From Chloroflexota bacterium (lineage in GTDB: Bacteria; Chloroflexota; Limnocylindria; Limnocylindrales; CSP1-4): a DNA stretch of 64,000 nucleotides. The notes beneath the pieces are model-generated. The model was not told the DNA's origin. It did not search any database and was given only the letters and a program-made list of their open reading frames with translations. The translations under genes were made by a program, and so were the position numbers. This document shows positions 29,441-39,173 of the stretch, one piece after another. The stretch spans positions 43,269-107,268 of the forward strand of contig DAOUEA010000009.1 of NCBI GenBank assembly GCA_034430475.1, given 5' to 3'. Positions within the stretch are counted from its first letter, which is position 1, and each line of letters opens with the position of its first letter.

Positions 29441-31890
29441 TCGGCTCCGCCACCCTCGGCCTCGCCGCTCGGCGCCTCCTGGCCGGAGTCGGAGCGCCCG
29501 CGCCGGGATCCTCGCGCGCCGCCTCGCCCCGCCCTGCGGGCCCGCGGCCTGGCCAGCGCATCGGGATTGGGCTCCCCGCCGGCCAGACGGGCGCCGATGA
29601 GGTCCGCCCCGTCGGGAAGCTCAACCGGAGCCCCGCAGGCCAGGCACAGCGCCCCCTCGCCGACCCGACCTATCGGCCCCTCGTCGGCGTCGTGGACGGC
29701 CCCCACGGGCTCATGCGAGGTCGTGTAGTCGCATTTGGGGTAGCGCGAGCAGCCCCAGAACAGGGACCCGGTCCGACGGGCCCGGCGGGCTACCAGGTGG
29801 CCCTGCCGGCAGCGGGGGCAGGCCACCTCGAAAGGCAGCGGCGGTGGCGGTGGCGGACCGTCGCGCTTGATGTAGTCGCAGGCCGGGTAGCGCGAGCAGC
29901 CCGTGAACGGACCGAAGCGGCCGCGACGCTGCACCAGCACCCCGCCCTCGGATTCGCCGCATTTGGGGCAGGCCTCGGCGGGAGCGGCTTCGCCGCCCTC
30001 GACGGCCGCGGAGCCGTCGCCGTTCGGGCCGCCGGCGGCCCCTGGCAGCTCGCGAGTCTCCTTGTGGTCGGGGTACATCGAACAGGCCAGGAACTCCCCG
30101 TAGCGGCCAAGTCGAATCACCATGGGGTGCCCCTGCGAGCAGACCTCGTCGGAGGGGCGGGTGGTGAAATCGCGCCGCCGCAGTTCCTTGGCCTTGGTGT
30201 CGACGAGGGCTCGGAAGGGCTCATAGAAACCGCGGACCACCGGCACCCAGGCCCGCTTGCCGGTCGCGATCTCGTCCAGCTCCTCTTCCATGCGTGCCGT
30301 GAAGCCCAGGTCGACGAACTTGCCGAAGTGGCCGACCAGCAGATCGGTCACCACCTCGCCCACCGGCTCGGGGCGGAGACGGCGTTCCTTGATCTTCACG
30401 TAGCCCCGGTCGACGATCGTCGAGATGGTGGCCGCGTACGTCGACGGCCGGCCGATGCCGTTCTCCTCGAGGGCCTTGATCAGGCTGGCCTCCGTGTAGC
30501 GGGGCGGCGGTTCGGTGAAGTGCTGCTGCGGCAGAACGTCGTGAACGTCCGTGGCGTCGCCTCTGGCCAGCGGCGGCAAACTGCACTCGGCTTCTTCCTG
30601 GCAGTCGTCCTGGCCCTCGGTGTAGACCCGGGCGAAGCCGTCGAAGGTGGTGCGGGTGGCGGTCGCGCGCAACCCGTAGCCGTTGGCCTCCAGCTCGACG
30701 GTCGTGGTTTCCTGCTCCTTGGCCGCCATCTGGCTGGCCAGGGCCCGCTGCCAGATCAGGCGATAGAGCCGCGCTTCGTCGCGCCCCAACTGGCCGGCGA
30801 CCGAGTCGGGGTCGCGGTGGAACGAGGTGGGCCGGATTGCCTCGTGGGCCTCCTGGGCGTTGCGGATCCGGCTCTTGAAGGCGCGGCCCCGGGGAGTGGT
30901 GTAGGCCTCGCCGAAACGCTCCTCGATCACCCTCGCCGCCTCGGCCATGGCCTGGCTCGACAGCGCCACCGAGTCGGTGCGCATGTAGGTGATGAGGCCC
31001 ACCTGGCCCTCATCCGTCTCGAGGCCCTCGTACAGCCGCTGGGCGGCGCTCATGGTCCGGCGCGGCGAGAAGCCCAGCTTGCGGCTGGCCTCCTGCTGCA
31101 GGCTCGATGTTGTGAAGGGCGGAGCAGGGTTGCGGCTGATCTTCTTGACCGAGACGTCGGCCACGACCGGATGGCTGGCCCGGATGGCCGCCGCGTGCCG
31201 CTGAGCCGTCTCGCCGTCGCCGATCTCCGGCTTGCGGCCATCGATCTTGACCAGGTCCGCCTCGAAGGCCGTGCCGTTGGGCGCGACCAGAACCGCCTTG
31301 AGCGTCCAATACTCCCGGGCCACGAAGGCCCGGATCTCCCGCTCGCGGTCGACCACCAGCCTGACGGCGACGGATTGCACTCGCCCGGCCGACAGCCCGG
31401 CCCTGACCTTGCGCCACAGCAGCGGGCTCAGGGTGTAGCCGACCAGGCGATCGACGATCCGCCGGGCCTGCTGCGCGTCCACGAGGTCGCGGTTGATGGA
31501 TCGTGGCGAGGCGAATGCGTCCTGGATAGCCGACTGGGTGATCTCGGAGAAGGTCACCCGGCGCGTCCGATCGGGCTCGAGACCGGCCGCCTCGGCGACG
31601 TGCCAGGCTATGGCCTCGCCTTCGCGGTCCAGGTCGGTGGCCAGGTAGACCAGGTCCGCCTTCGAGGCAGCCTTGTGGATGGCGGTGAGCTGCTTGCGGC
31701 GATCGGCGACGACCTCGTACACCGGGGCGAAGTCGTGCTCCACGTCCACGCCGAACTGGCCCTTGCCCGGATTCTCCGGCAGGTCGCGGACGTGGCCGTA
31801 TGAGGCCAGCACGGTGTAGCCGGGCCCAAGGTAGCGCTCGATGGTCTTCGCCTTGGCAGGCGACTCGACTATGACAAGGTTGCCGCTCAT
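29437..31890 (-). CDS. topA: DNA topoisomerase I
   Basis: TOPRIM N-terminus ([22 protein letters not shown]), Topo IA core, and C-terminal C4 zinc ribbons (CPKCG...CPRC). Confidence 0.95.
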   Translation of the reverse strand: MSGNLVIVESPAKAKTIERYLGPGYTVLASYGHVRDLPENPGKGQFGVDVEHDFAPVYEVVADRRKQLTAIHKAASKADLVYLATDLDREGEAIAWHVAEAAGLEPDRTRRVTFSEITQSAIQDAFASPRSINRDLVDAQQARRIVDRLVGYTLSPLLWRKVRAGLSAGRVQSVAVRLVVDREREIRAFVAREYWTLKAVLVAPNGTAFEADLVKIDGRKPEIGDGETAQRHAAAIRASHPVVADVSVKKISRNPAPPFTTSSLQQEASRKLGFSPRRTMSAAQRLYEGLETDEGQVGLITYMRTDSVALSSQAMAEAARVIEERFGEAYTTPRGRAFKSRIRNAQEAHEAIRPTSFHRDPDSVAGQLGRDEARLYRLIWQRALASQMAAKEQETTTVELEANGYGLRATATRTTFDGFARVYTEGQDDCQEEAECSLPPLARGDATDVHDVLPQQHFTEPPPRYTEASLIKALEENGIGRPSTYAATISTIVDRGYVKIKERRLRPEPVGEVVTDLLVGHFGKFVDLGFTARMEEELDEIATGKRAWVPVVRGFYEPFRALVDTKAKELRRRDFTTRPSDEVCSQGHPMVIRLGRYGEFLACSMYPDHKETRELPGAAGGPNGDGSAAVEGGEAAPAEACPKCGESEGGVLVQRRGRFGPFTGCSRYPACDYIKRDGPPPPPPLPFEVACPRCRQGHLVARRARRTGSLFWGCSRYPKCDYTTSHEPVGAVHDADEGPIGRVGEGALCLACGAPVELPDGADLIGARLAGGEPNPDALARPRARRAGRGGARGSRRGRSDSGQEAPSGEAEGGGAE

Positions 31891-31975
31891 CGGCGGGAGT
31901 CTAGCATCAGCCGATCACCGGGCCTTTGCCCGGGCCATCGCGGTCGATGAGCGGTCGCGCAGGGCGGCCCGAAGG

Positions 31976-33775
31976 TCAGCGGTAGAACTCCGAGGTGACG
32001 CGCACCCGGCCCCTGGCCACCCAGACTCCGATGCCGACCCTCCTGAAGTAGGGGTACATGATGTTCCGGTAGTGCCCGAACTCGCACCTCCGGCCCCAGT
32101 CGCAGCGGACCTCGTTCTGGAAGAAGACCTCGACCTTGATCATGCCGGCCGCGTTGTACGTTGGCGGCGAGCCGAGGTTCTCGCCCCAGGTGGCGCTCGG
32201 ATAGCCCGCCGCCGCCAGGCGCTGATGCGGGGTCGTGCCGTCCAGGTAGTGCGTCAGGTAGCCCCGCTCGGCCAGCACCTGCGAGTACTTCCGAGCGACG
32301 GACGAAAGCCCCGCGTCCAGCCGGAGGGCGGCCTGGGCCGGCATCACGTGGCGGGTGCTGGAGCTGCAGTTGCCGCTGCTGGTGACCCAGCCGCCGGTCC
32401 GGGTGCAGTTGACGAGGTTGAAGTAGTAGACCTCCGAGCCGTACCAGGGCGAGTTGGGCTGCGTCCCGCCCAGCCACGGGATGCGGCGGACGGTAGGCTT
32501 CCGAACCCCGAAATGCGCGGTGACGGTGCCCTTGAGGTGCATGCCCGTCTTCGACAGGGCCTTGCTCGTCACCCTCATCGTCACCGTCGAGCCGATCGGC
32601 AGCTGGCCTGACGGGTCGAGGATCAGGACGGTGTCGTCCTCCGCCCAGGAGACACGGCCGCGAACCGCCTTGCCGTTCACGGTGACCTGGAAGGCGGCCG
32701 CGGTGGAGGCGCGATCCATCGGCATGTTGAAGCGGACGGAGACGACCTGGTTCGGGTCTGTGGTGTTGGAGCCGTCCTGCGGCCGGAAGCGGATGACGTC
32801 CGGCGCATCGGTGGTCGTCACGGTCAGGGGGATCACCGGCAGCAGGGCTATTCCTGCGGTGTCGTAGGCGCCCTCGTTGTCGAAGGAGATCGTGTACTGG
32901 GTGTTGCCGGCCAGGCCCTCGGGCGTGAAGGTGAAGACCTGGGAGGCCCCGTCGGTCGGGTCGTCGCCGACGAGGACGCCCGTGGCCGGCGGATCGATCA
33001 GGAGCCGGGCTTCGACGGTTGCCAGCTTCACCGGCCGGGTGAATGTGATCTGGAACGACGAGTTCGGCGAGACTAGCTCGCCGGACATGATGGTCGCCGC
33101 GATACGGGCCGAGGTCAGGGCACCGGTCATGAACTGGCCCTCGACAGCCTCATTGAGCTGGATGCCGGACTGGTCCATCGCCTTCTGGGAGATCTTCACC
33201 CCGTAGGTTGTGAAAGCCTCCCAGGCCGTGGCCGGGGTCACGCTCAGCTGCTTGCCGGAGGCGTCCCAGATCAGCCTGACCGCGACCTCGGGCGAGATCT
33301 CCAGAGCGTCGGCGACGCTGCCCTGGTTCATCGGCTTGCTGAACTGCAACACGTAGGGGGCGTCGATGGTGTAGTTCTCGGAGGTCTCCGGAGCGGTGGC
33401 CGTGGGCGCCACAGAGCCATACAGGGTGGGCGCCTCCGACGTCTCGGCGCGCGACGGCAGGACGCCGACAATGGCCGCTACCAGGACTATGACGCCCAGC
33501 GAGCTGAGAAGGAGTTGCAGCTTCAGGGAGTGAGCGACCGTCCGCGCTACGCGCGCGACGGCTGATCTCGGTATGTCGAGGATCGCCTGGCCCAGGTCGT
33601 GCACGGCAATCGGCCTCCCAGAGATGGCGGTGACGGTGGTGGTCGTCAGGGGCCACTTTGGTCCGAACCCCGCGCGGAGGGTACCACTACGGCCCGAATC
33701 GCGGCAAATGGCCCGGGTCCGGCCAGAGGCACGCCCGGGCGCGTTGGGCCGCACAGCCGGTCCGCGGCCGGTCAC
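31976..33775 (-). CDS. membrane-anchored extracellular protein with Ig-like (SbsA-type) repeats and a C-terminal CAP/SCP/PR-1-like domain
   Basis: TM helix (LQLLLSSLGVIVLVAAIVGVL) and repeated roughly 100-aa beta domains. The C-terminal HYTQ..W..T..VGCA-like region (GHYRNIMYPYFRRVGIGVWV) is typical of a CAP domain. Start uncertain. Confidence 0.65.
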   Translation of the reverse strand: MTGRGPAVRPNAPGRASGRTRAICRDSGRSGTLRAGFGPKWPLTTTTVTAISGRPIAVHDLGQAILDIPRSAVARVARTVAHSLKLQLLLSSLGVIVLVAAIVGVLPSRAETSEAPTLYGSVAPTATAPETSENYTIDAPYVLQFSKPMNQGSVADALEISPEVAVRLIWDASGKQLSVTPATAWEAFTTYGVKISQKAMDQSGIQLNEAVEGQFMTGALTSARIAATIMSGELVSPNSSFQITFTRPVKLATVEARLLIDPPATGVLVGDDPTDGASQVFTFTPEGLAGNTQYTISFDNEGAYDTAGIALLPVIPLTVTTTDAPDVIRFRPQDGSNTTDPNQVVSVRFNMPMDRASTAAAFQVTVNGKAVRGRVSWAEDDTVLILDPSGQLPIGSTVTMRVTSKALSKTGMHLKGTVTAHFGVRKPTVRRIPWLGGTQPNSPWYGSEVYYFNLVNCTRTGGWVTSSGNCSSSTRHVMPAQAALRLDAGLSSVARKYSQVLAERGYLTHYLDGTTPHQRLAAAGYPSATWGENLGSPPTYNAAGMIKVEVFFQNEVRCDWGRRCEFGHYRNIMYPYFRRVGIGVWVARGRVRVTSEFYR

Positions 33776-33802
33776 GGGTGCACGCGGGCCCTCAGCAGTC
33801 GC

Positions 33803-35200
33803 TCAGCGGTCCCGGCCAGGCTCCCACCGCGCCAGGGGCCCGGCGGCGACGTAGCGCCCGAATGAACCGAACACCAGGCCTTGCAGCTCGAGCATGGTCA
33901 GGGCCCCGAGAACGGCCTCTCCCGGCAGGCCCGTCCGCGCGGCCAGCTCGTCGGCGGTCGCTGACCGCACCGCGATTATCTCGGCCACGGCCCGTTCCAT
34001 CGGCCCGAGCAAAGCGAGGGCCGCCGAGGGGCCCGCGGCGGGCGCCGTGGGCCCGGGGCTGCCGCTCGCAGACGCAGGTTGCCCCGAGACCGCGACGAGC
34101 CCCAGGTCCTCCAGCAGCTCGGGTATACCGCAGACGACCCGCGCCGGGCCCGGGAAACTGCGCAGGAACGAGAGGCACCCCGCGCTGGCCGGAGCCCCGA
34201 TGGGGCCCGGAACGAGGAAGCACTCCCGCCCCTGCTCCAGAGCCCAGCCGGCGGTGATGAGCGCTCCACTTCGCACGCCTGCCTCGACGACCACCGTTGC
34301 GTCTGAGAGGCCGCTGACCAGCCTGTTGCGGCGCGGGAAGGTGCCCCGGGTAGCCGGCGTATCGGGCGGCATCTCCGCCACCACGGCCCCGCCGGCGGCC
34401 GCGATCTCGTCCGCCAGCCGCTGATGCGCTTTCGGGTAGAGCTGGGCGTGGCCGCCTCCCAGAACGGCGACCGTGGCCAGGCCCTCGGCGACGACGGCCG
34501 CGTGGGCGACTCCGTCGATGCCGATGGCCAGGCCCGAGACCACGACGGCGCCGGCCCGGGCCAGGGCTTCGCCCAGCCAGGCCGCCATTCGCCGTCCGCC
34601 ATCCGTCGGCCGCCGCGTCCCGACCACGGCCACGGCCGAGCCGGCCGAGAGGGCCGCGACCGATCCACGCACGAACAGCAGCGGGGGTGGCATCTCCACC
34701 CGCCGCAACCTGGCCGGGTAGGCAGGGTCGTCAAGGATCACGACCGCCAGGGCCAGGGCGCGCACTCTGTCGAGGATCGCCTCGCTCTGTTCGGCATGAT
34801 CCCTGATCCGGGCTGCCAAGTCCGGTCCAACCGGACACCTGGGCCGGGGCGTTCTCGGCTGGCCCTCGACGACATCCGTGCCGGGTCCCTCGTCGCCACT
34901 CCCGGCACCGCCCTCCGCCAACGCCTCCAGCAGCCGCCTTGGGCCGTCGGCACCGACAGCCAGATCGAATGCCGCCCGAGCAGATCCGCATCTCTCCAGC
35001 AGAGCGGCGAAGGCGACCGGGCCCAGGCCGGGCACGGTCAGCAGGCGGACCCAGGACTCACGCTCGCTCGAATCTCGGTCACGTGGGATCGCGGCCGTCT
35101 GCTGCGCCGGTCTCGCCTTGGCCGGCGTGCTCGAAGCCCTCGTACCGTGCCCGCCGGCCGAGAGGGTGCCGCGAGGGCCCATGGCCTGCACTCCCAGCAT
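33803..35200 (-). CDS. dprA: DNA processing protein DprA (Smf)
   Basis: Rossmann-like DprA core (VVSGLAIGIDGVAHAAV...AVLGGG...GLVSGLSDATVVVEAGVRSGALITA) and a C-terminal winged-helix-like domain. Confidence 0.9.
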   Translation of the reverse strand: MLGVQAMGPRGTLSAGGHGTRASSTPAKARPAQQTAAIPRDRDSSERESWVRLLTVPGLGPVAFAALLERCGSARAAFDLAVGADGPRRLLEALAEGGAGSGDEGPGTDVVEGQPRTPRPRCPVGPDLAARIRDHAEQSEAILDRVRALALAVVILDDPAYPARLRRVEMPPPLLFVRGSVAALSAGSAVAVVGTRRPTDGGRRMAAWLGEALARAGAVVVSGLAIGIDGVAHAAVVAEGLATVAVLGGGHAQLYPKAHQRLADEIAAAGGAVVAEMPPDTPATRGTFPRRNRLVSGLSDATVVVEAGVRSGALITAGWALEQGRECFLVPGPIGAPASAGCLSFLRSFPGPARVVCGIPELLEDLGLVAVSGQPASASGSPGPTAPAAGPSAALALLGPMERAVAEIIAVRSATADELAARTGLPGEAVLGALTMLELQGLVFGSFGRYVAAGPLARWEPGRDR

Positions 35201-35201
35201 C

Positions 35202-36758
35202 TCAGCCGGCCCGCCGGCCGAGCTCCCGGCCCCGGGCTCGGAAGCGGGCGGCTTCGTCCAGATGGCGGCAATCGACTCGATCCTCGCCCCCCAGATCGGC
35301 CGCCGTCCTGGCCACGCGTAGGAGCCTCTCCGTGCCGCGCACAGACCATCCCTCGAGATCTGCCAGGCGCACGGCGTGAGCCTGAGCCGCAGCCGACATG
35401 GAGCAAGCCGACCGCAACGCTCGCCCGCTCAAGCGGCAGTTGAGTCTCCCCCGACGGTCGAGTTGCATCTTTCGGGCGGCGGCGATCCGGCCGGCAACCT
35501 CGGTCGAGGGCTCAGCGCTGGCCGAGGCCACGTACTCCGCCGGCGGCACGCGGGGCATGTGGACCCACAGGTCGATCCGGTCGCGCAGGGGTCCTGAGAT
35601 CCGGGCCGCATAGCTTTCCGCCAGCCCGGGCCGGCAGCGGCAGCGAGCGTCGCCATCGCCGGCCAGTCCGCACGGGCAGGGGTTCATGGCCGCCACGAGC
35701 TGGAACCGCGACGGGAAGACCGCGGTCCGGCCCACGCGCGAGATCGCCACCTGCCCGTCCTCGAGCGGCTGGCGCAGAGCCTCGAGCGTGGCCCTGTCGA
35801 ACTCCGGCAGCTCGTCCAGGAACAACACCCCATCGTTGGCGAGGGTGACTTCGCCAGGCGAGAGCTGCGGGCCGCCGCCGACCATCGCCGCGTACGAGAT
35901 CGTGTGATGGGGTGCCCGAAACGGCCTCCGTCGAACGAGCCCGCGTACCGGGACGGCACCCGCAACAGAAGCCACGATCGTGGCCACCCGGGCCTCTTCG
36001 TCCGCCAGAGGTGGCAGCAGCCCGGGGATCGTCCGGGCCAGCAGCGTCTTGCCCGAGCCCGGGGGCCCGACCATGACCAGGCTGTGGCTGCCGGCCAGGG
36101 CCAGCTCGACGGCCCGTCGCGCCTCCAGCTGGCCTCGCACCTCGGCCAGGTCCGGAACCGCCGTCTCGACGCTCTGGCCCACCAGGGCACCGTCAAGGCT
36201 GACCTCCTCGGCCAGCTCCACTCGCGGCGGCGCCGGCCGCGCCGCCCCGCGCCTCGACGCCCGCAAGAGAGTGGCCGCTTCGGCCAGGGTCGTGGCCGCG
36301 ACCACCTCCACGCCGCCGGCCAGGGCGGCTTCGTCGGCCCCGTCCGCCGGCACGACCACGCGCCGCACCCGCCGCCGCGCCAGGGCGTCGACCATCGGCA
36401 GCAGGCCGGCGACGTGGCGCAAATCGCCGCTCAGGGACAGCTCGCCCAGCACGGCCCACCGGCCCGTCGCCCGGACCTGCTCCGATCCCACCAGGATCCC
36501 CAGGGCGATGGCCAGATCCAGAGAGGCACCGCCTTTGCGCAGGTCCGCCGGAGCGAGATTGACCGTGATGCGACGCGGCGGGTACTCGTAGCCACTGTTG
36601 CGGATCGCGCCCCTCACCCGTTCCCGGGCTTCCTGGAGAGCCGTGTCGGCCAGGCCGACGATGGCGAACCCGGGCAGGCCCGGCGCCACGTCCACCTCGA
36701 CGCGCACCGGCCGCCCATCGAGCCCATGGATCGTGGCCGAGAGAAGCGAGGCGAGCAC
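35202..36758 (-). CDS. comM: YifB/ComM family Mg-chelatase-like AAA+ ATPase
   Basis: N-terminal Lon-like domain then AAA+ (GPPGSGKTLLAR...LFLDELPEF) and the ChlI C-terminus. Confidence 0.9.
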   Translation of the reverse strand: MLASLLSATIHGLDGRPVRVEVDVAPGLPGFAIVGLADTALQEARERVRGAIRNSGYEYPPRRITVNLAPADLRKGGASLDLAIALGILVGSEQVRATGRWAVLGELSLSGDLRHVAGLLPMVDALARRRVRRVVVPADGADEAALAGGVEVVAATTLAEAATLLRASRRGAARPAPPRVELAEEVSLDGALVGQSVETAVPDLAEVRGQLEARRAVELALAGSHSLVMVGPPGSGKTLLARTIPGLLPPLADEEARVATIVASVAGAVPVRGLVRRRPFRAPHHTISYAAMVGGGPQLSPGEVTLANDGVLFLDELPEFDRATLEALRQPLEDGQVAISRVGRTAVFPSRFQLVAAMNPCPCGLAGDGDARCRCRPGLAESYAARISGPLRDRIDLWVHMPRVPPAEYVASASAEPSTEVAGRIAAARKMQLDRRGRLNCRLSGRALRSACSMSAAAQAHAVRLADLEGWSVRGTERLLRVARTAADLGGEDRVDCRHLDEAARFRARGRELGRRAG

Positions 36759-36832
36759 ATCGCCGACCCTACGCCGGCCGCCTCAACTCTCGCTTATCCG
36801 AGTCCTGGCGGACTCTGCCGCGCCACACCCGC

Positions 36833-38029
36833 TCAGTGCCTGCCGGAGCCCTCCTTGTCCAGCGCCTTGACCAGGTCCAGCACACTCCGGCCCAGAGTCG
36901 AGTCCGACTTCGTGTACATGAAGGGCGCGCCGCTGTTGAGGGCCCCGATCGACGTCCGGTACTCGTTGATGACCTGGTAGTCGATGCGCCGCTTCAGCGC
37001 ACTCTCGGCGTTCTTGACGTTGATCCCGGTGAAGGCGTTGCTGCGGTTCAGGATCAGCCTGACCTTGTCGTCGGTGTAGCCGAGGTGGCCGGCCGCCTCG
37101 AGGACCAGCCGGACGTTCTTCAGGCAGGGCAGATCGGCCGTCATGACCACGCACAGGGTGTGGGCCGCATCCATCAACCGCAGGTTGATTTCGTCGAGCC
37201 GCTTGTCGACGTCCAGGATGATGTAGTCGTACTCCGTCGCCATCTGCTCCATGATCTGGGGCAGATGGTCGGCCGTGACTAGCTCGGCCATCTCGGGCGA
37301 AGGGGGCGCGAGCAGGAGATCGATCCCGCTTTCGTGCTTGATCACGACGTGGCTGATCAGGTCGAGGTCGAAGCCCTGGGCGCTGGTCAGGTCCACCACG
37401 CTGAGCTTGTCCATGCCCAGGTCCATGAAGACCCGGTGATCGCCGAACTGGAGATTGGCGTCGACCAGGCACACCCGCCGGCCAAGCTCCTTGTGGAGGG
37501 CGATGGCCGAGTTGATGGCGATGGTCGTCGTACCCACGCCGCCCTTGGCGCCGTAGAACATGAGCACCCGGGCCGGCTGCTCCTTGCGACGCGGAGCCGG
37601 GGCGGCGACGGCCGGAGCAGGGTGCGGAGCCGGCAGCGGCCCCGCATCGGCCGGCACGTAGCGCGACAGAAGGCTCCGCATCCGGGCCATCAGCTCGGCC
37701 GGGTGGAAGGGCTTCATCAAGTAGTCGTCCGCGCCCGAGCGGAGGGCTTTACCGCGATCGCCGGCTTCATTCTCGGCCAGCAGCAGGATCACCGGCGTGT
37801 GCGTGGAGGGGCCATCCTCCATGCGCAGCCGGCTGACCACGGTGAAGCCGTCGACGCCGGGCAGGTTGGCGGCAATGAGAACCAGCGCCGGACGCTCGGT
37901 CCGCGCCACCCGCAACGCGTCAGGGCCCTCGCCCGACGTCGTGACCGCATACCCGGCCTGCATCAGCGCGTTGCTGAGAGCCCGTTGTACGGTCGGGTCA
38001 GCGTCGACTACGAGGATCCTGACGGCCAT
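36833..38029 (-). CDS. response-regulator receiver domain fused to a ParA/MinD-family ATPase (CpaE-like)
   Basis: REC: VRILVVDADP...LVLIAANLPGVDG...ADDYLMKPF. ATPase: deviant Walker A FYGAKGGVGTTTIA. ATG 38029 has a GGTGAGG Shine-Dalgarno upstream. Confidence 0.8.
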   Translation of the reverse strand: MAVRILVVDADPTVQRALSNALMQAGYAVTTSGEGPDALRVARTERPALVLIAANLPGVDGFTVVSRLRMEDGPSTHTPVILLLAENEAGDRGKALRSGADDYLMKPFHPAELMARMRSLLSRYVPADAGPLPAPHPAPAVAAPAPRRKEQPARVLMFYGAKGGVGTTTIAINSAIALHKELGRRVCLVDANLQFGDHRVFMDLGMDKLSVVDLTSAQGFDLDLISHVVIKHESGIDLLLAPPSPEMAELVTADHLPQIMEQMATEYDYIILDVDKRLDEINLRLMDAAHTLCVVMTADLPCLKNVRLVLEAAGHLGYTDDKVRLILNRSNAFTGINVKNAESALKRRIDYQVINEYRTSIGALNSGAPFMYTKSDSTLGRSVLDLVKALDKEGSGRH

Positions 38030-38198
38030 GGCCTCACCTGAGCGTGCGGAACGTGCCCACATTCCGGATCGAGAGACGGACGTTCGCCCTCAGACCCCAA
38101 TGCGGTCCGAACCGGCTGATTATAGGCAGCCTCCCAGCCCGCCAGCAGGCTCCCCGCGGGAACCGCCCGTCGGGCCGGGAGGCCGTATGTTCTCCGGC

Positions 38199-39116
38199 TC
38201 AGGAGGAAGGCCGGCTCCTGGGGCCGCCCTCGGCCTTCATTCCGGCACCCACCATGCCGCCGATGGGACCGAGCAACTGGGTGAACTCGAGCGGAATGAC
38301 GAACTTCGTCGCCGGCCCGCTGCCCAGGGCCTTGAGCGCGTCCATGTACTGCAGTGCCATCGTCTTCTGGTCGACGTTCTTGGCCGCCGCGAAGATCGTC
38401 TGCAGCGCTTCGCTGAAGCCCTGGGCCCGCAGGATGGCGGCCTGCCGATCGCCCTCGGCGCGCAGGATGGCCGACTGCTTGTCGCCCTCGGCGACGTTGA
38501 TCGTCGCCTGGCGCGTGCCCTCCGACTCGGTGATGACGGCTCGCCGGGTCCGCTCGGCAGAGAGCTGGCGGTTCATCGCCTCCTGGACCGCCGGCGGCGG
38601 CAGGATCTCCCGGATCTCGACGGTGGTGACCTTGCCGCCCCAGCGCTCGGTGATCTCATCCAGCTTCTGGCGCAGTGTCTCGTTGATGCGCTCGCGCTGC
38701 GACAGCACGTCGTCCAGCAGGATGTCGCCGATGACCGAGCGGAGGGTCGTGGCCGCCACGCCCTGCAGAGCGCCGTTGAAGTTGAGGACGTTGACCTGGC
38801 TCATCAGCGGGTTGACGATCTTCCAGTAGATGAGGAAGTCCACGCCGATCGGGGCGTTGTCCTTGGTGATCGTCGTCTGGCGAGGGACCTCGATGAACTG
38901 CTCCCGCAGGTCCACCGTGACGCCACGATCGACGATCGGCCACAGGATCCGAAGGCCCGGGTCGCGGACCTTCCTTTCGTCGGTCCGGCCCCAGCGGTAG
39001 ACAACCATCTTGGCCCACTGCGGGACGATCCTGATGCACATCCCCACCAGGATGAGCAACAAGGCCGCTACAACAACCAGAACGATCGCTACGACCGTCA
39101 GGGTGGTGTCATCCAT
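38199..39116 (-). CDS. SPFH/band-7 (stomatin/prohibitin-like) membrane protein
   Basis: N-terminal TM then SPFH core (IVPQWAKMVVYRWGR...TKDNAPIGVDFLIYWKIVNP...) and a coiled-coil C-terminus. Confidence 0.85.
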   Translation of the reverse strand: MDDTTLTVVAIVLVVVAALLLILVGMCIRIVPQWAKMVVYRWGRTDERKVRDPGLRILWPIVDRGVTVDLREQFIEVPRQTTITKDNAPIGVDFLIYWKIVNPLMSQVNVLNFNGALQGVAATTLRSVIGDILLDDVLSQRERINETLRQKLDEITERWGGKVTTVEIREILPPPAVQEAMNRQLSAERTRRAVITESEGTRQATINVAEGDKQSAILRAEGDRQAAILRAQGFSEALQTIFAAAKNVDQKTMALQYMDALKALGSGPATKFVIPLEFTQLLGPIGGMVGAGMKAEGGPRSRPSS

Positions 39117-39173
39117 CCCTTCTCCTCCATGTCTGCATCTGTGTGAAGCCGTGGCGCGCCGCCGCAGCCTCTT

